Source of the DNA: Candidatus Cloacimonadales bacterium
GTDB taxonomy: Bacteria > Cloacimonadota > Cloacimonadia > Cloacimonadales > JAFGVF01
DNA length: 58,410 nucleotides
Assembly: GCA_041672585.1 (NCBI GenBank)
Contig: JBAYZI010000002.1
Coordinates: 1-58,410 of the forward strand
Direction of reading: 5' to 3'
In this document: positions 38,528-47,564 of the stretch, one piece after another
Position numbering within the stretch: the stretch's first letter is position 1
Layout: every line of letters starts with the position of its first letter
Notes under the pieces: generated by a model
Told to the model about the DNA's origin: nothing
The model's input: only the letters and a program-made list of their open reading frames with translations
The model's database searches: none
Program-made: the position numbers and the translations under genes

Positions 38528-38557
38528 CAGGTATTGTAGTACCTAAATACTTATAAT
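38528..38557 (+). promoter_or_regulatory. Second copy of the 16-bp operator candidate followed by a perfect TATAAT, upstream of the cupin-to-hcp gene string
   Basis: caggtattgtagtacc lies at 38528-38543, TATAAT at 38552-38557, and GGAG plus ATG at 38570. The operator occupies the -35 position. Confidence 0.5.
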
Positions 38558-38569
38558 GGAGCAGATATT

Positions 38570-38911
38570 ATGAAGATTTCAAATTACAAAGGTAATGAAG
38601 AGTACAAGACAGCTCATGGCGTTGATGTGAAACAGGTGTATAACACAGAATTTGCGCAAATTAATCATATTCTCTTACAACCGGGCGAGGCCTTAAAGCC
38701 TCATATAACTCCGGTAGATGCTCTTTTCTATATTTTAGAAGGCACACCCACCATCTTAATTGGCGAAGAGAGAGTCCAAGTCAAGCAAGATGATGTTATC
38801 GAATCCCCTAAAGAGATAGTCCATTGTGTTTATAACGAGTCCGACAAGGTCGTTAGATTTTTAGTATCCAAATTACCCAGACCGGTAACAGCTTCTAAAT
38901 TCATCAAATAG
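38570..38911 (+). CDS. Cupin domain protein
   Basis: 113 aa, the size of a single beta-barrel. It shows the cupin-like pattern (LLQPGEALKPHITPVDALFYILEG ... VHCVYN). Confidence 0.65.
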   Translation: MKISNYKGNEEYKTAHGVDVKQVYNTEFAQINHILLQPGEALKPHITPVDALFYILEGTPTILIGEERVQVKQDDVIESPKEIVHCVYNESDKVVRFLVSKLPRPVTASKFIK

Positions 38912-38924
38912 GTAGGAAACAGTC

Positions 38925-40148
38925 ATGCAATATTTTAATAGCGAAGATTCTCTCTTATCAATAGTAGAGAGATATCCTGAAACAGAACCGGTTTTTACTT
39001 CTAACGGCTTCCCTCAGATGGATGACAAAGCTAAGAGAGAACAGTTTGCCAAGTCGATTAGCCTCAAGATGGCGTTGACCCTAAAGCAGATAGATTTTGA
39101 GACTTTTAGTAATCTTTTAGTCGATGCAATTGAGAGAGATGACAGTGAAGTTGATGCTTCTTTGAATAGCAAAGCATTAAGTGGAAGCGAGAAAGCTATA
39201 AAAGTTATTGGTGCTTTGCCATGCCCTGTCAGGATTCCGCTATTAGAAAAGTTTAATTCTTTTACCAAACAGCTTAAAGAAGAGTTGGGAACCGAAATAG
39301 AGTCTGAATTAAAAGCAGCGTCTATGGGTTTAGATTGGGTAGAAGAGCATGTTAAAGAAGTAACAGATGCTCAGAAGCTCCCTGATATCTTTATCTCAGC
39401 CGGATTTGATATGTTTTTTGATAAAGCGATGTTTGGTAAGTTCAAGGAGCAGGGCGTCTTTGCAGATTACTCTCCGATTCAGAACTACAACCATCTCTTT
39501 GCTGACATAGATCTCAAAGATCCCAAGCAGCATTTCTCTCTACTTGGCGTGGTGCCTGCAGTCTTCTTAATTAACACTCAAGAGCTTGGTGATTTACCTT
39601 TGCCTACATCATGGGCAGATATTATGAAGCCTGAGTTTGAGAAAAAAGTCTCTTTACCTGTTGGTGATTTCGATCTTTTCAATGCTATTCTTCTCTCTAT
39701 TTATAAGAAGTATGGCGATGATGGGGTGGAGAAGTTAGGCAAATCACTCTTGGAATCTCTTCATCCTTCCCAAATGGTGAAGAGTGCTAAGAAGCGTGAT
39801 AACAGGCCGATAGTAACCATTATGCCCTATTTCTTTACTAAGATGGTGAAGGAAGGCGGGACAATGAAAGCTGTTTGGCCTTCCGATGGTGCAATTATTA
39901 GTCCTATCTTTATGCTTACTAAAGCAGATAAACAAGCTGAACTTCAGCCAATAGTAGATTTCTTCGCTTCTCAACAAGTAGGGGAAATCTTGGCTCATAG
40001 CGGACTTTTCCCTAGTGTTCATCCTAATGTGGATAATAGAATAGCAGAGAATAATAAGTTTATGTGGTTAGGTTGGGATTATATCTATTCTCATGATATC
40101 TCAGCAACCATCAAACATTGTGAACAGCTTTTTCAAAGCTCAATTTAA
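38925..40148 (+). CDS. Cytoplasmic fusion protein: DUF1858-like N-terminal domain plus periplasmic-binding-protein-like (ABC SBP fold) body, no signal peptide
   Basis: 407 aa. The N-terminal ~70 aa (LLSIVERYPETEPVF...) resemble the hybrid-cluster-protein-associated DUF1858 domain. The remainder resembles type-2 solute-binding proteins. The N terminus is hydrophilic, so the protein is not exported. Confidence 0.45.
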   Translation: MQYFNSEDSLLSIVERYPETEPVFTSNGFPQMDDKAKREQFAKSISLKMALTLKQIDFETFSNLLVDAIERDDSEVDASLNSKALSGSEKAIKVIGALPCPVRIPLLEKFNSFTKQLKEELGTEIESELKAASMGLDWVEEHVKEVTDAQKLPDIFISAGFDMFFDKAMFGKFKEQGVFADYSPIQNYNHLFADIDLKDPKQHFSLLGVVPAVFLINTQELGDLPLPTSWADIMKPEFEKKVSLPVGDFDLFNAILLSIYKKYGDDGVEKLGKSLLESLHPSQMVKSAKKRDNRPIVTIMPYFFTKMVKEGGTMKAVWPSDGAIISPIFMLTKADKQAELQPIVDFFASQQVGEILAHSGLFPSVHPNVDNRIAENNKFMWLGWDYIYSHDISATIKHCEQLFQSSI

Positions 40149-40157
40149 GGAGGAAGA

Positions 40158-40850
40158 ATGAATTTAATAACAGTTTCCGGACCGCCCTCATCAGGCAAGA
40201 CTTCTGTGATTCTCAAGACCATAGAATCTCTGCATAAAAGAAATCTCAAAGTGGCAGTCGCTAAGTTTGATTGTCTCTACACTGATGACGATGTTCTGTA
40301 TAGAAACGCAGGTATTCCTGTGAAAAAAGGGCTTTCCGGTGCTTTATGTCCGGACCACTATTTTGTCAGTAATGTAGAAGAGATAACCAAATGGGGTTAT
40401 GAAGCCGGAATGGATATTTTGATAAGTGAATCTGCAGGTTTGTGCAACCGCTGTTCCCCTTATATTAAGGGAATCAAGGCTATTTGTGTTATTGATAATC
40501 TCAGTGGGATTAACACTCCCAAGAAGATAGGACCTATGCTAAAATCTGCTGATATCGTGGTGATTACTAAGGGCGATATTGTCTCTCAAGCCGAGCGTGA
40601 AGTCTTTGCTTCCCGCGTGAATAGTGTCAATCCCAAGGCGATAATTATGCATATTAACGGTCTTACCGGACAAGGTAGTTTTGAGTTATCCACCCTAATT
40701 TATGATGAAAAAGATAATATAAGTTCTTTAAAAGGTCGGGAATTACGCTTCCCTATGCCGTCAGCCCTCTGTTCTTACTGTCTTGGTGAAACCAGAATTG
40801 GTGAGAGTTATCAGATGGGAAATGTGCGTAAGATTAATTTAGAGGATTAG
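40158..40850 (+). CDS. HypB/UreG-like (G3E family) P-loop GTPase, putative metallochaperone
   Basis: 230 aa. Walker A is GPPSSGKTS. The ESAGLCNRCSP block aligns with HypB ENVGNLVCPA. An NKxD-like ITKGD is present, plus a C-terminal CSYC motif. Confidence 0.6.
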   Translation: MNLITVSGPPSSGKTSVILKTIESLHKRNLKVAVAKFDCLYTDDDVLYRNAGIPVKKGLSGALCPDHYFVSNVEEITKWGYEAGMDILISESAGLCNRCSPYIKGIKAICVIDNLSGINTPKKIGPMLKSADIVVITKGDIVSQAEREVFASRVNSVNPKAIIMHINGLTGQGSFELSTLIYDEKDNISSLKGRELRFPMPSALCSYCLGETRIGESYQMGNVRKINLED

Positions 40851-40853
40851 AAG

Positions 40854-41870
40854 ATGTTAATTAATATTAAAACAGTGCCAAACTTATATATAGAAGATTT
40901 AATTCAAGAATATCCGTTTTTAGATTCCTTTTTTGCTACTAATAATGTAGATTTTGCCGGAAAAGGTAATATCTCTCTGGCTACTTATTTTGACCTTTTA
41001 GGTGAAGAACATAGAGAAGATATGGCGATTGATCCTGACCTCTTTTATCAGCAACTTGTGGAATATATTCAACAAATGATGGCGTTTCTGGGTAAAGATG
41101 CAGAGGTAGTGGAGATGGTTACCATTCTTCCCGGCACTAACAAGAGTGGGGAAGTGGAATGCTTCGAGAGATTAGATATTCATAAAGGCGAAATAGTAAG
41201 CATCGTAGGACCAACCGGCTCAGGCAAGAGCAGACTTTTAGGTGATATCGAATGGGTAGCTCAGGCTGATACGCCAACCAGTAGGACTATTCTCATCAAT
41301 AATAGCAAGCCTGATGTTAAGTGGAGATTCTCTACTTCTGATAAGCTGGTTGCGCAATTATCCCAAAATATGAACTTCGTGATGGATTTAACAGTTCATC
41401 AATTTGTAGAGCTTCATGCCGAGAGCAGATTAGTCGAGAATAAAACTGATATTATCGAAAAGATTATCAACAAAGCTAATGATCTTGCCGGCGAGAAGTT
41501 TTCTCCGCAAACCCCGATTACCAGCTTAAGTGGTGGTCAATCCAGGGCTTTAATGATTGCTGACACTGCTATTCTGAGCAAATCTCCCATTATTCTGATT
41601 GATGAAATAGAAAATGCCGGAATAGACAGAAAGCGTGCCTTAAATTTACTTCTCTCAGAGAATAAAATAGTACTAATGGCAACCCACGATCCGATTCTGG
41701 CTTTAATGGCTGATAAAAGAATTATAATCAAGAACGGTGGGATTGTTAAGGTGATAGAAACTACTCGTGAAGAGCGTCAAATCTTAACCACTTTAGAAGA
41801 ATTAGATAACACTATTCTTGGCTACAGAACTAAGTTAAGAAATGGCGAAAAACTAATAGAGAATTTTTAG
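40854..41870 (+). CDS. ABC-type ATPase with an N-terminal DUF1858-like extension; no cognate permease in the cluster
   Basis: 338 aa. Walker A is GPTGSGKSRL, the signature is LSGGQSRAL, Walker B is ILIDEIENAG and the H-loop is MATHD. The N-terminal ~80 aa include LIQEYPFLDSFF, similar to the N terminus of the 407-aa protein. Confidence 0.7.
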   Translation: MLINIKTVPNLYIEDLIQEYPFLDSFFATNNVDFAGKGNISLATYFDLLGEEHREDMAIDPDLFYQQLVEYIQQMMAFLGKDAEVVEMVTILPGTNKSGEVECFERLDIHKGEIVSIVGPTGSGKSRLLGDIEWVAQADTPTSRTILINNSKPDVKWRFSTSDKLVAQLSQNMNFVMDLTVHQFVELHAESRLVENKTDIIEKIINKANDLAGEKFSPQTPITSLSGGQSRALMIADTAILSKSPIILIDEIENAGIDRKRALNLLLSENKIVLMATHDPILALMADKRIIIKNGGIVKVIETTREERQILTTLEELDNTILGYRTKLRNGEKLIENF

Positions 41871-41898
41871 TTGCAAATGAATAATAAGGAGATATATT

Positions 41899-42141
41899 AT
41901 GCATGAAGGCTGTAACAGTAACTTCAAGAATGGACAGGAAGTAGTTGATAAAGTCCGACAAATGGGCTTTTCCGAACAGTATATGCCAATGCCGTTGGAT
42001 ATAATTTGCGAAGAGTGTGGGGATAAATTTGAGATGGAAACATTCGAAAGCGTCTGCCCTAAATGTAATATGGTTTATGGGGTAACACCTTGCCATGCCT
42101 TTGATTCTGAGAATGTCAAGGCTGCCGGAATTAAATATTAA
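41899..42141 (+). CDS. Small zinc-ribbon protein
   Basis: 80 aa with CEEC-x15-CPKC, typical of a four-Cys zinc ribbon. It lies in the same-strand string between the ABC ATPase and hcp. Confidence 0.5.
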   Translation: MHEGCNSNFKNGQEVVDKVRQMGFSEQYMPMPLDIICEECGDKFEMETFESVCPKCNMVYGVTPCHAFDSENVKAAGIKY

Positions 42142-42262
42142 AGAGAATAATAATATAAGAATGATAACTTCAAAATCAAAATTAATTACCACTGAATTAG
42201 TCGGGATTAATAACGAATTAATAACACTTTAAATATTATCAATAATGATGAATAGGAGAAAA

Positions 42263-43867
42263 ATGATGAGTATGTTTTGTTACCAATGTCAAGAAACAAT
42301 GCAGAATATTGGCTGTAGATTTAATAAGGGTGCTTGTGGAAAACCTGCAAAAACAGCAGCTTTACAAGATGCTTTAGTCTATGCTTTAAAAGGCTTAGCT
42401 ATTGCTTCAGAAAAAAATTATAAGAAAGAAAATGGCTTATTTATAGCCCAAAGTTTATTTGCTACTATCACCAATGCAAACTGGGATGATGCCAAATTCG
42501 TAGAATTCATCAAAGAAGCTTTAAAAAGAAGAGATGCTCTTAAATGCACTTGTACTTGTGATGAAATCACTTGGACAGGCAAAACTGAAGATGATTTTGT
42601 TAAAATTGGCGAAAAACATGGCGTTCTTTCAACCAAAAATGAAGATACTCGTTCATTAAGAGAACTCCTTGTTTATGGTCTAAAAGGTATTGCCGCCTAT
42701 GCAGAACATGCAGCTGTGCTCGGACAAGAGAATGACGATATATACAAATTCTTAATGGAAGCTCTTGCTTCTACAACTAAAGACCTTTCTCTCGACGAAA
42801 TGGTTGGCTTAGTCTTAAAAGCCGGCGAAAACGCTGTAGCAGCTATGGCTCTTCTTGATGGAGCAAACACTTCAACTTATGGTAACCCTGAAATCACAGA
42901 AGTTAACATCGGTGTTGGCAAAAATCCTGGCATCCTTATCTCCGGTCATGACTTAAGAGATATGGAACAACTTCTTGAACAAACAGTTGGCACAGGTGTT
43001 GATGTTTATACTCACTCCGAAATGCTTCCTGCAAACTACTACCCAGCTTTCAAAAAGTATGACCACTTTATAGGAAACTACGGTAATGCTTGGTGGAAAC
43101 AAGATACAGAATTCATAACTTTTAACGGTCCTATCTTAATGACTACTAACTGTATCACTCCTGTAAAAGAAGAATATGCCAAGAGAATCTTTACCACAGG
43201 TATGGCTGGATATCCTAACGTTCCTCATATTGAAGCAGTTGATGGCAAAAAAGATTTCTCTAAGATTATTGAATTAGCTAAAACATGTAAAGCTCCTATC
43301 GAAATCGAAAAAGGCTCAATAGTTGGTGGATTCGCTCATAACCAAGTATTCGCTCTTGCCGATAAAGTGGTCGCTGCTGTTAAATCAGGCGCAATTAAAA
43401 GATTCGTCGTTATGGCAGGTTGCGATGGCAGACACACAACCCGTAGCTACTTTACCGAAGTTGCAGAACAGTTACCAAAAGATACTGTTATCTTAACAGC
43501 CGGTTGTGCTAAATATCGCTATAACAAGCTTCAACTTGGCGATATCGGTGGAATCCCACGCGTCTTAGATGCTGGTCAATGTAACGATTCCTACTCTTTA
43601 GCTCTTATTGCTCTCAAACTTCAAGAAGTATTTGAGCTTAATGATATTAATGATCTACCAATCTCATTTGATATTGCTTGGTACGAACAAAAAGCTGTGG
43701 CAGTTCTCCTTGCCTTGTTATTCCTCGGTGTAAAAGGCATCCGTTTAGGACCTACACTCCCAGCGTTCTTATCTCCAAATGTAGCTAAGGTTTTAGTGGA
43801 AAACTTTAACATTAAAGCTGTTGGTGAAGTTAAAGCTGATATCGAAGCTATGATGGCTGGTAATTAA
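42263..43867 (+). CDS. hcp: Hybrid cluster protein / hydroxylamine reductase
   Basis: The N-terminal Cys motif is MFCYQCQET...GC...GACGK, and the conserved Hcp blocks ISGHDL, NYGNAWW, MAGCDG and GQCND are present. The ORF track starts at 42245. I prefer 42263, which follows AGGAG at 42254-42258; 42266 and 42272 are also possible. Confidence 0.95.
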   Translation: MMSMFCYQCQETMQNIGCRFNKGACGKPAKTAALQDALVYALKGLAIASEKNYKKENGLFIAQSLFATITNANWDDAKFVEFIKEALKRRDALKCTCTCDEITWTGKTEDDFVKIGEKHGVLSTKNEDTRSLRELLVYGLKGIAAYAEHAAVLGQENDDIYKFLMEALASTTKDLSLDEMVGLVLKAGENAVAAMALLDGANTSTYGNPEITEVNIGVGKNPGILISGHDLRDMEQLLEQTVGTGVDVYTHSEMLPANYYPAFKKYDHFIGNYGNAWWKQDTEFITFNGPILMTTNCITPVKEEYAKRIFTTGMAGYPNVPHIEAVDGKKDFSKIIELAKTCKAPIEIEKGSIVGGFAHNQVFALADKVVAAVKSGAIKRFVVMAGCDGRHTTRSYFTEVAEQLPKDTVILTAGCAKYRYNKLQLGDIGGIPRVLDAGQCNDSYSLALIALKLQEVFELNDINDLPISFDIAWYEQKAVAVLLALLFLGVKGIRLGPTLPAFLSPNVAKVLVENFNIKAVGEVKADIEAMMAGN

Positions 43868-43924
43868 TTAACTAACAAAACTAGACTTGCGAAGTAACTT
43901 AAATATTCGCACTAAATAATAAGT

Positions 43925-43960
43925 AAAGGGCAGAATTTAACTCTGCCCTTTCTTCTTTAT
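43925..43960 (+). terminator. Rho-independent terminator of hcp
   Basis: aaagggcag-aatttaact-ctgcccttt is followed by cttctttat, about 60 nt after the hcp stop. Confidence 0.7.
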
Positions 43961-44187
43961 AGCCACTTTAGGGGAACCTTCTTAGGTAAATCGATTAGTT
44001 AACGAAAACACTACGAGATAGCTACTTATGACCCACTGGAACACGACTTTGTAGGGATGTTTCTTGTGGGGGATTTCTTGTTTTAGCCACGGGTTTCACG
44101 GATAAATTGCCTGCTGAACTGTCGAAATGAAGAATCGTTGAATTGTTGAATCGATAAAGACAACCAACTAAAACTGATTTCGCAAGC

Positions 44188-44268
44188 TCTTCCACTGGGA
44201 TTGCGGACACTCTGTCCGTATTAAATCTCTCCCTTTCAGAGGGATAGAGAAACTTTGCTTCGCAAAGA
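44188..44268 (+). repeat. Copy of an ~80-bp hairpin-module repeat (cactgggattgcggac...gtccgtattaaatct...agggatag...ttgcttcgcaaag)
   Basis: It aligns along its length with 57701-57783. The internal stems are preserved with different loop sequences. Confidence 0.85.
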
Positions 44269-44551
44269 AATAAAAAGATTCATATCAACAAATGTCTCTT
44301 TATTTCCACATTTCCATTTCGAATGTAGCTACAAAGATACAGCTCCTACGGAGCAAAGAAAATAAGAAGAGAAGGCTTTAAGTCTAAACTACGAAAAACC
44401 ACGAAAACACAAAGAAAAAGAGCTTTCACACGAAGTAATACAAATAATTACGAAAGAAACGCTGAGAACACAAAAAGAAGATTCTGATTATTATGAAAGA
44501 GTTGCAATACTTCTTAAATCCATAAAGAGTGATGGGTAAGCATACAATTTA

Positions 44552-46204
44552 TTAAACGTCTATCGTAAAAATCTCATCCTTAAATATCAGTGCTTGCTTA
44601 TCATTATCTAAAATATCCTGAGAGAATTGTTCAGTAGAAGCCACATAAAAAGCACAAATAGTCAAAGCTTTAACTTTTGCTCCTAATAGATTCTCCCAAA
44701 ATTGAAACTTATCGCTTCTCAAATCAGAGAAAACTGCTTTCCTAAAAACAACAATTTCTTCCCGTTGCAAGAAAGCCGGTAGATTATCTTTGCGCGTGAA
44801 AGTAAGCCAATCCCAGCTGAGATAATCATCTAACACAGCTTTCTCTAACTGAGGTAAATCGCTTAATAAAAACCTTCTAAAGGTAGAGAAAATAGCCTGC
44901 CAATTCTTCTTATCCAATGACTCTTCACTTCCCAAGAAATCAACAAAGCTAATAAACAGGTCAACAGGTCGTGGGTAATAACTTCTTAATAATTTGAGAG
45001 TATGCGTGAAGCGTGAAGCATTGAAAATCAGTTCAAAGGTATCTTCTAAAACATAGAAATACTTCATATCAGCGAAAGAAACCCATTTAGTTTGTAGCAC
45101 CTGATAAGGCGGATCCACATCATAAATTAATTCATACTCTTCTGTTTTCTCGTGCATTTCTGTGCCGGGAAGTACTTTCAGAAAACCCAACTGAATAACA
45201 TCAGGCTCTAATAAAAGCAGATCATTAAGAGAATTGAGAAAAGAAGCTTTATCCTCATAAGGCAAACCGATAATTAAATCAAGGTGAGTATGAATATTCT
45301 TAAAAGTCAGAAGCTTTTGTAAATTATCTTTAAATGCCCCGAATTGATGTGTACGATGAATTTCTCTTAATGTCTGTTCATTAGTAGATTGAATGCCAAT
45401 CTCAAGCTGAATTCGCTCTTGGGGAGTCTCTTGGAAAATAGTAAAATCTTCTTCACTTAATAATCCAGGATGCACTTCAAAATGAAACTTGGTCTTGGTC
45501 TCCAAAGAATTTATATAGTTCCAAACAGCACGCGAAACTTTTCTATCAGCATTAAAACTTCTATCTACAAATTTAATTATGTTAGATTCTGATACCAGCA
45601 TGAAGTCCAATTCCTCTTTTATCTGCTCAAAACTCTTAAACTCCAATTGCTGATCCATGCGTGAGGAAATACAAAATGAACAGTTAAACGGACAACCCCG
45701 CGAGGATTCATAATAGATATACCTGTTTTCTAAATTGGCAAAATCAGTTTTGTGATAAGGAAGTGGAATTTGCGAGAATGGTTTATTTTTCAGCTGAATT
45801 ACCTTCTCTTGTAAGTCAAACTTATTCAAACATAAATGTCTCCAACCTGCTTCACCACCACCGACTATTATGTAATCCGGTGCATTAGCTAAGCTTAACC
45901 AATAACGGTGATTATAGCCTGCTTCGGGTCCACCTAATACCACCTTAATTTCGGGGTATAATCTCTTAATCGAGCTTACAATAAATTTCACTAAATCCCT
46001 ATTCCAAATATAGACAGAGATTGCTAAAATATCAGGTTCGCTCTCTAGTATCGACGACAGTATTTTAAACTTATCTTGATTTATGTTCTCTTCTAAAATG
46101 ACAGTTTTATAATCTAAATCAATTATTGATTCTCGAATATATAAAAGAGCTAAATTAGAATGAGTAAATCTTGCATTTATTCCTAAAAGTGTTATGTTTT
46201 TCAT
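44552..46204 (-). CDS. B12-binding-domain radical SAM protein (DUF4080-type C terminus)
   Basis: 550 aa. The N-terminal region resembles a Rossmann-like B12-binding fold. The radical SAM motif is SSRGCPFNCSFC. A long C-terminal helical extension follows. Confidence 0.75.
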   Translation of the reverse strand: MKNITLLGINARFTHSNLALLYIRESIIDLDYKTVILEENINQDKFKILSSILESEPDILAISVYIWNRDLVKFIVSSIKRLYPEIKVVLGGPEAGYNHRYWLSLANAPDYIIVGGGEAGWRHLCLNKFDLQEKVIQLKNKPFSQIPLPYHKTDFANLENRYIYYESSRGCPFNCSFCISSRMDQQLEFKSFEQIKEELDFMLVSESNIIKFVDRSFNADRKVSRAVWNYINSLETKTKFHFEVHPGLLSEEDFTIFQETPQERIQLEIGIQSTNEQTLREIHRTHQFGAFKDNLQKLLTFKNIHTHLDLIIGLPYEDKASFLNSLNDLLLLEPDVIQLGFLKVLPGTEMHEKTEEYELIYDVDPPYQVLQTKWVSFADMKYFYVLEDTFELIFNASRFTHTLKLLRSYYPRPVDLFISFVDFLGSEESLDKKNWQAIFSTFRRFLLSDLPQLEKAVLDDYLSWDWLTFTRKDNLPAFLQREEIVVFRKAVFSDLRSDKFQFWENLLGAKVKALTICAFYVASTEQFSQDILDNDKQALIFKDEIFTIDV

Positions 46205-46348
46205 AGTGCTAATTTATCAAGTATAGATAAAGTGTCTATAAAAATAATTAAAATAAATAAAAAAGTATTGACACTATTTTGCAGTTATGATAATGGTGAA
46301 CTATAGAAATATGAGAATAAAAATAAGTTTGAATAAAAGGAGTTTCTA

Positions 46349-47059
46349 ATGAAAAACTTTTTCCTTGTAATATTATTAATTGCATCAGTAGCTTTGAGTG
46401 CTACTACGATTTATGACATTCAGTACACTACCAATCCCGGTAGTGATGGTACATATCCTTCTCCGTTAGCTGAGCAAGTTGTTACTGTCCAAGGTGTAGT
46501 AACTGGTAACCGTGCTAATACTAACGGTGAAATTGGTAAGTTCTTTATCTCTCAACCTGAAGGCGGAGCTTGGAAAGGTATTTATGTCTTCCATTGGACT
46601 GCACCGGTTCAAGTTGGTGATATGGTAGAAGTTACCGGTAAAGTAACTGAATATTTTGGTTTTACAGAAATAACATTCTGTACTGTTACTATCCTTAGTT
46701 CAGGTAATCCTGTTCCTAATCCTAGTATTGTTACTACCGCTCAAATGGCTGGTGGATTAGTTGCAGAATCTTACGAAGGTTGTTTAGTTAAAGTTATGAA
46801 TGTAACAACAACTCAAGTAGCTGATTCTCACGGTCAATGGGCTGTTACTGACGGCACAGGACCATGTTTCATAGATGACCTTTACTATGTTCAGCCAGGT
46901 GCTGCAATGGGTGATACCTTCACTTCTATTATTGGTCATGTTAACTACAACTTTGACGAATATACTGTCAACCCAAGAACTCTTGCAGATGTTCAAGCAG
47001 GTACTCCTGTTAGTAACACAAGAAAATCTTGGGGAAAAATCAAATCTATCTATAAATAA
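46349..47059 (+). CDS. Secreted protein with two OB-fold-like modules resembling the N-terminal part of ExeM/NucH-type extracellular nucleases, but no catalytic domain
   Basis: 236 aa with a signal peptide (FLVILLIASVALSA). The IYDIQYT...VTVQGVVTG...GFFIS...GDMVEVTGKVTEYFGFTEI pattern is the one I associate with those nuclease N termini. Confidence 0.45.
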   Translation: MKNFFLVILLIASVALSATTIYDIQYTTNPGSDGTYPSPLAEQVVTVQGVVTGNRANTNGEIGKFFISQPEGGAWKGIYVFHWTAPVQVGDMVEVTGKVTEYFGFTEITFCTVTILSSGNPVPNPSIVTTAQMAGGLVAESYEGCLVKVMNVTTTQVADSHGQWAVTDGTGPCFIDDLYYVQPGAAMGDTFTSIIGHVNYNFDEYTVNPRTLADVQAGTPVSNTRKSWGKIKSIYK

Positions 47060-47096
47060 TAGATTAATAGTTTAACCAAACTTAAAAGGAGTAGAA

Positions 47097-47510
47097 ATGG
47101 CTAAATTTTATAAGAAAATGATTTGGGCAGGTGCAATATCCGCAGTTGGATTCGTCGGCTTTAAGATGTATCAACGCATTTCTGCTATTGCCAAACTTAG
47201 TAAATCATTACCTGAATTTTTAAATAATGTTTACGGAGAAAAACCAAAGATTAATATTAATATGGTGCTTACTTCTGTAACCATTAGTGTTGGATTTAAT
47301 CAAGATATCATTGAAAGTAACGAAGATATTCAATCTACAGTTATTGAATATATTGAAGATTTCTATCCTGCTTTAAGTAAAATTAAATTAAATATTGATG
47401 TATTCCCTGTTCAAGTTTCCGAGACAAAACCCCAACAAGATGATTGTTGTGATGGAGATTGTGGCGACGACTGTGAATGTGAAGCTGAAAAAGAAATAGA
47501 AAAAGATTAA
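47097..47510 (+). CDS. Hypothetical membrane-anchored protein with acidic Cys-rich C-terminal tail
   Basis: 137 aa with an N-terminal TM helix (MIWAGAISAVGFVGF). The C-terminal tail is QQDDCCDGDCGDDCECEAEKE. An RBS (AGGAG) lies upstream. Confidence 0.45.
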   Translation: MAKFYKKMIWAGAISAVGFVGFKMYQRISAIAKLSKSLPEFLNNVYGEKPKININMVLTSVTISVGFNQDIIESNEDIQSTVIEYIEDFYPALSKIKLNIDVFPVQVSETKPQQDDCCDGDCGDDCECEAEKEIEKD

Positions 47511-47537
47511 TTGTTAAAATTAATTACTAATAAATTG

Positions 47538-47564
47538 AGCCTGAGAATTTCTTGGGCTTTTTTT
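47538..47564 (+). terminator. Rho-independent terminator
   Basis: agcctgag-aattt-cttgggct (8 bp including 2 G-U pairs) is followed by a run of 7 T. Confidence 0.6.

Noticed and set aside
42245-42262. The upstream ATG ATG start for hcp given by the ORF track ([14 protein letters not shown]).
   Set aside because: The AGGAG Shine-Dalgarno sequence lies inside this extension (42254-42258), and Hcp proteins normally begin just before the CYQC motif. A start at 42263-42272 is more plausible, though this is unproven.
46268-46296. TTGACA at 46268-46273 as a promoter for the secreted OB-like protein gene. TTGACA at 16602-16607 upstream of glyQ is a similar case.
   Set aside because: No acceptable -10 hexamer lies at 16-18 nt spacing (best candidates: TAATGG at 17 nt, GATAAT at 14 nt). 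The support is too weak to annotate.
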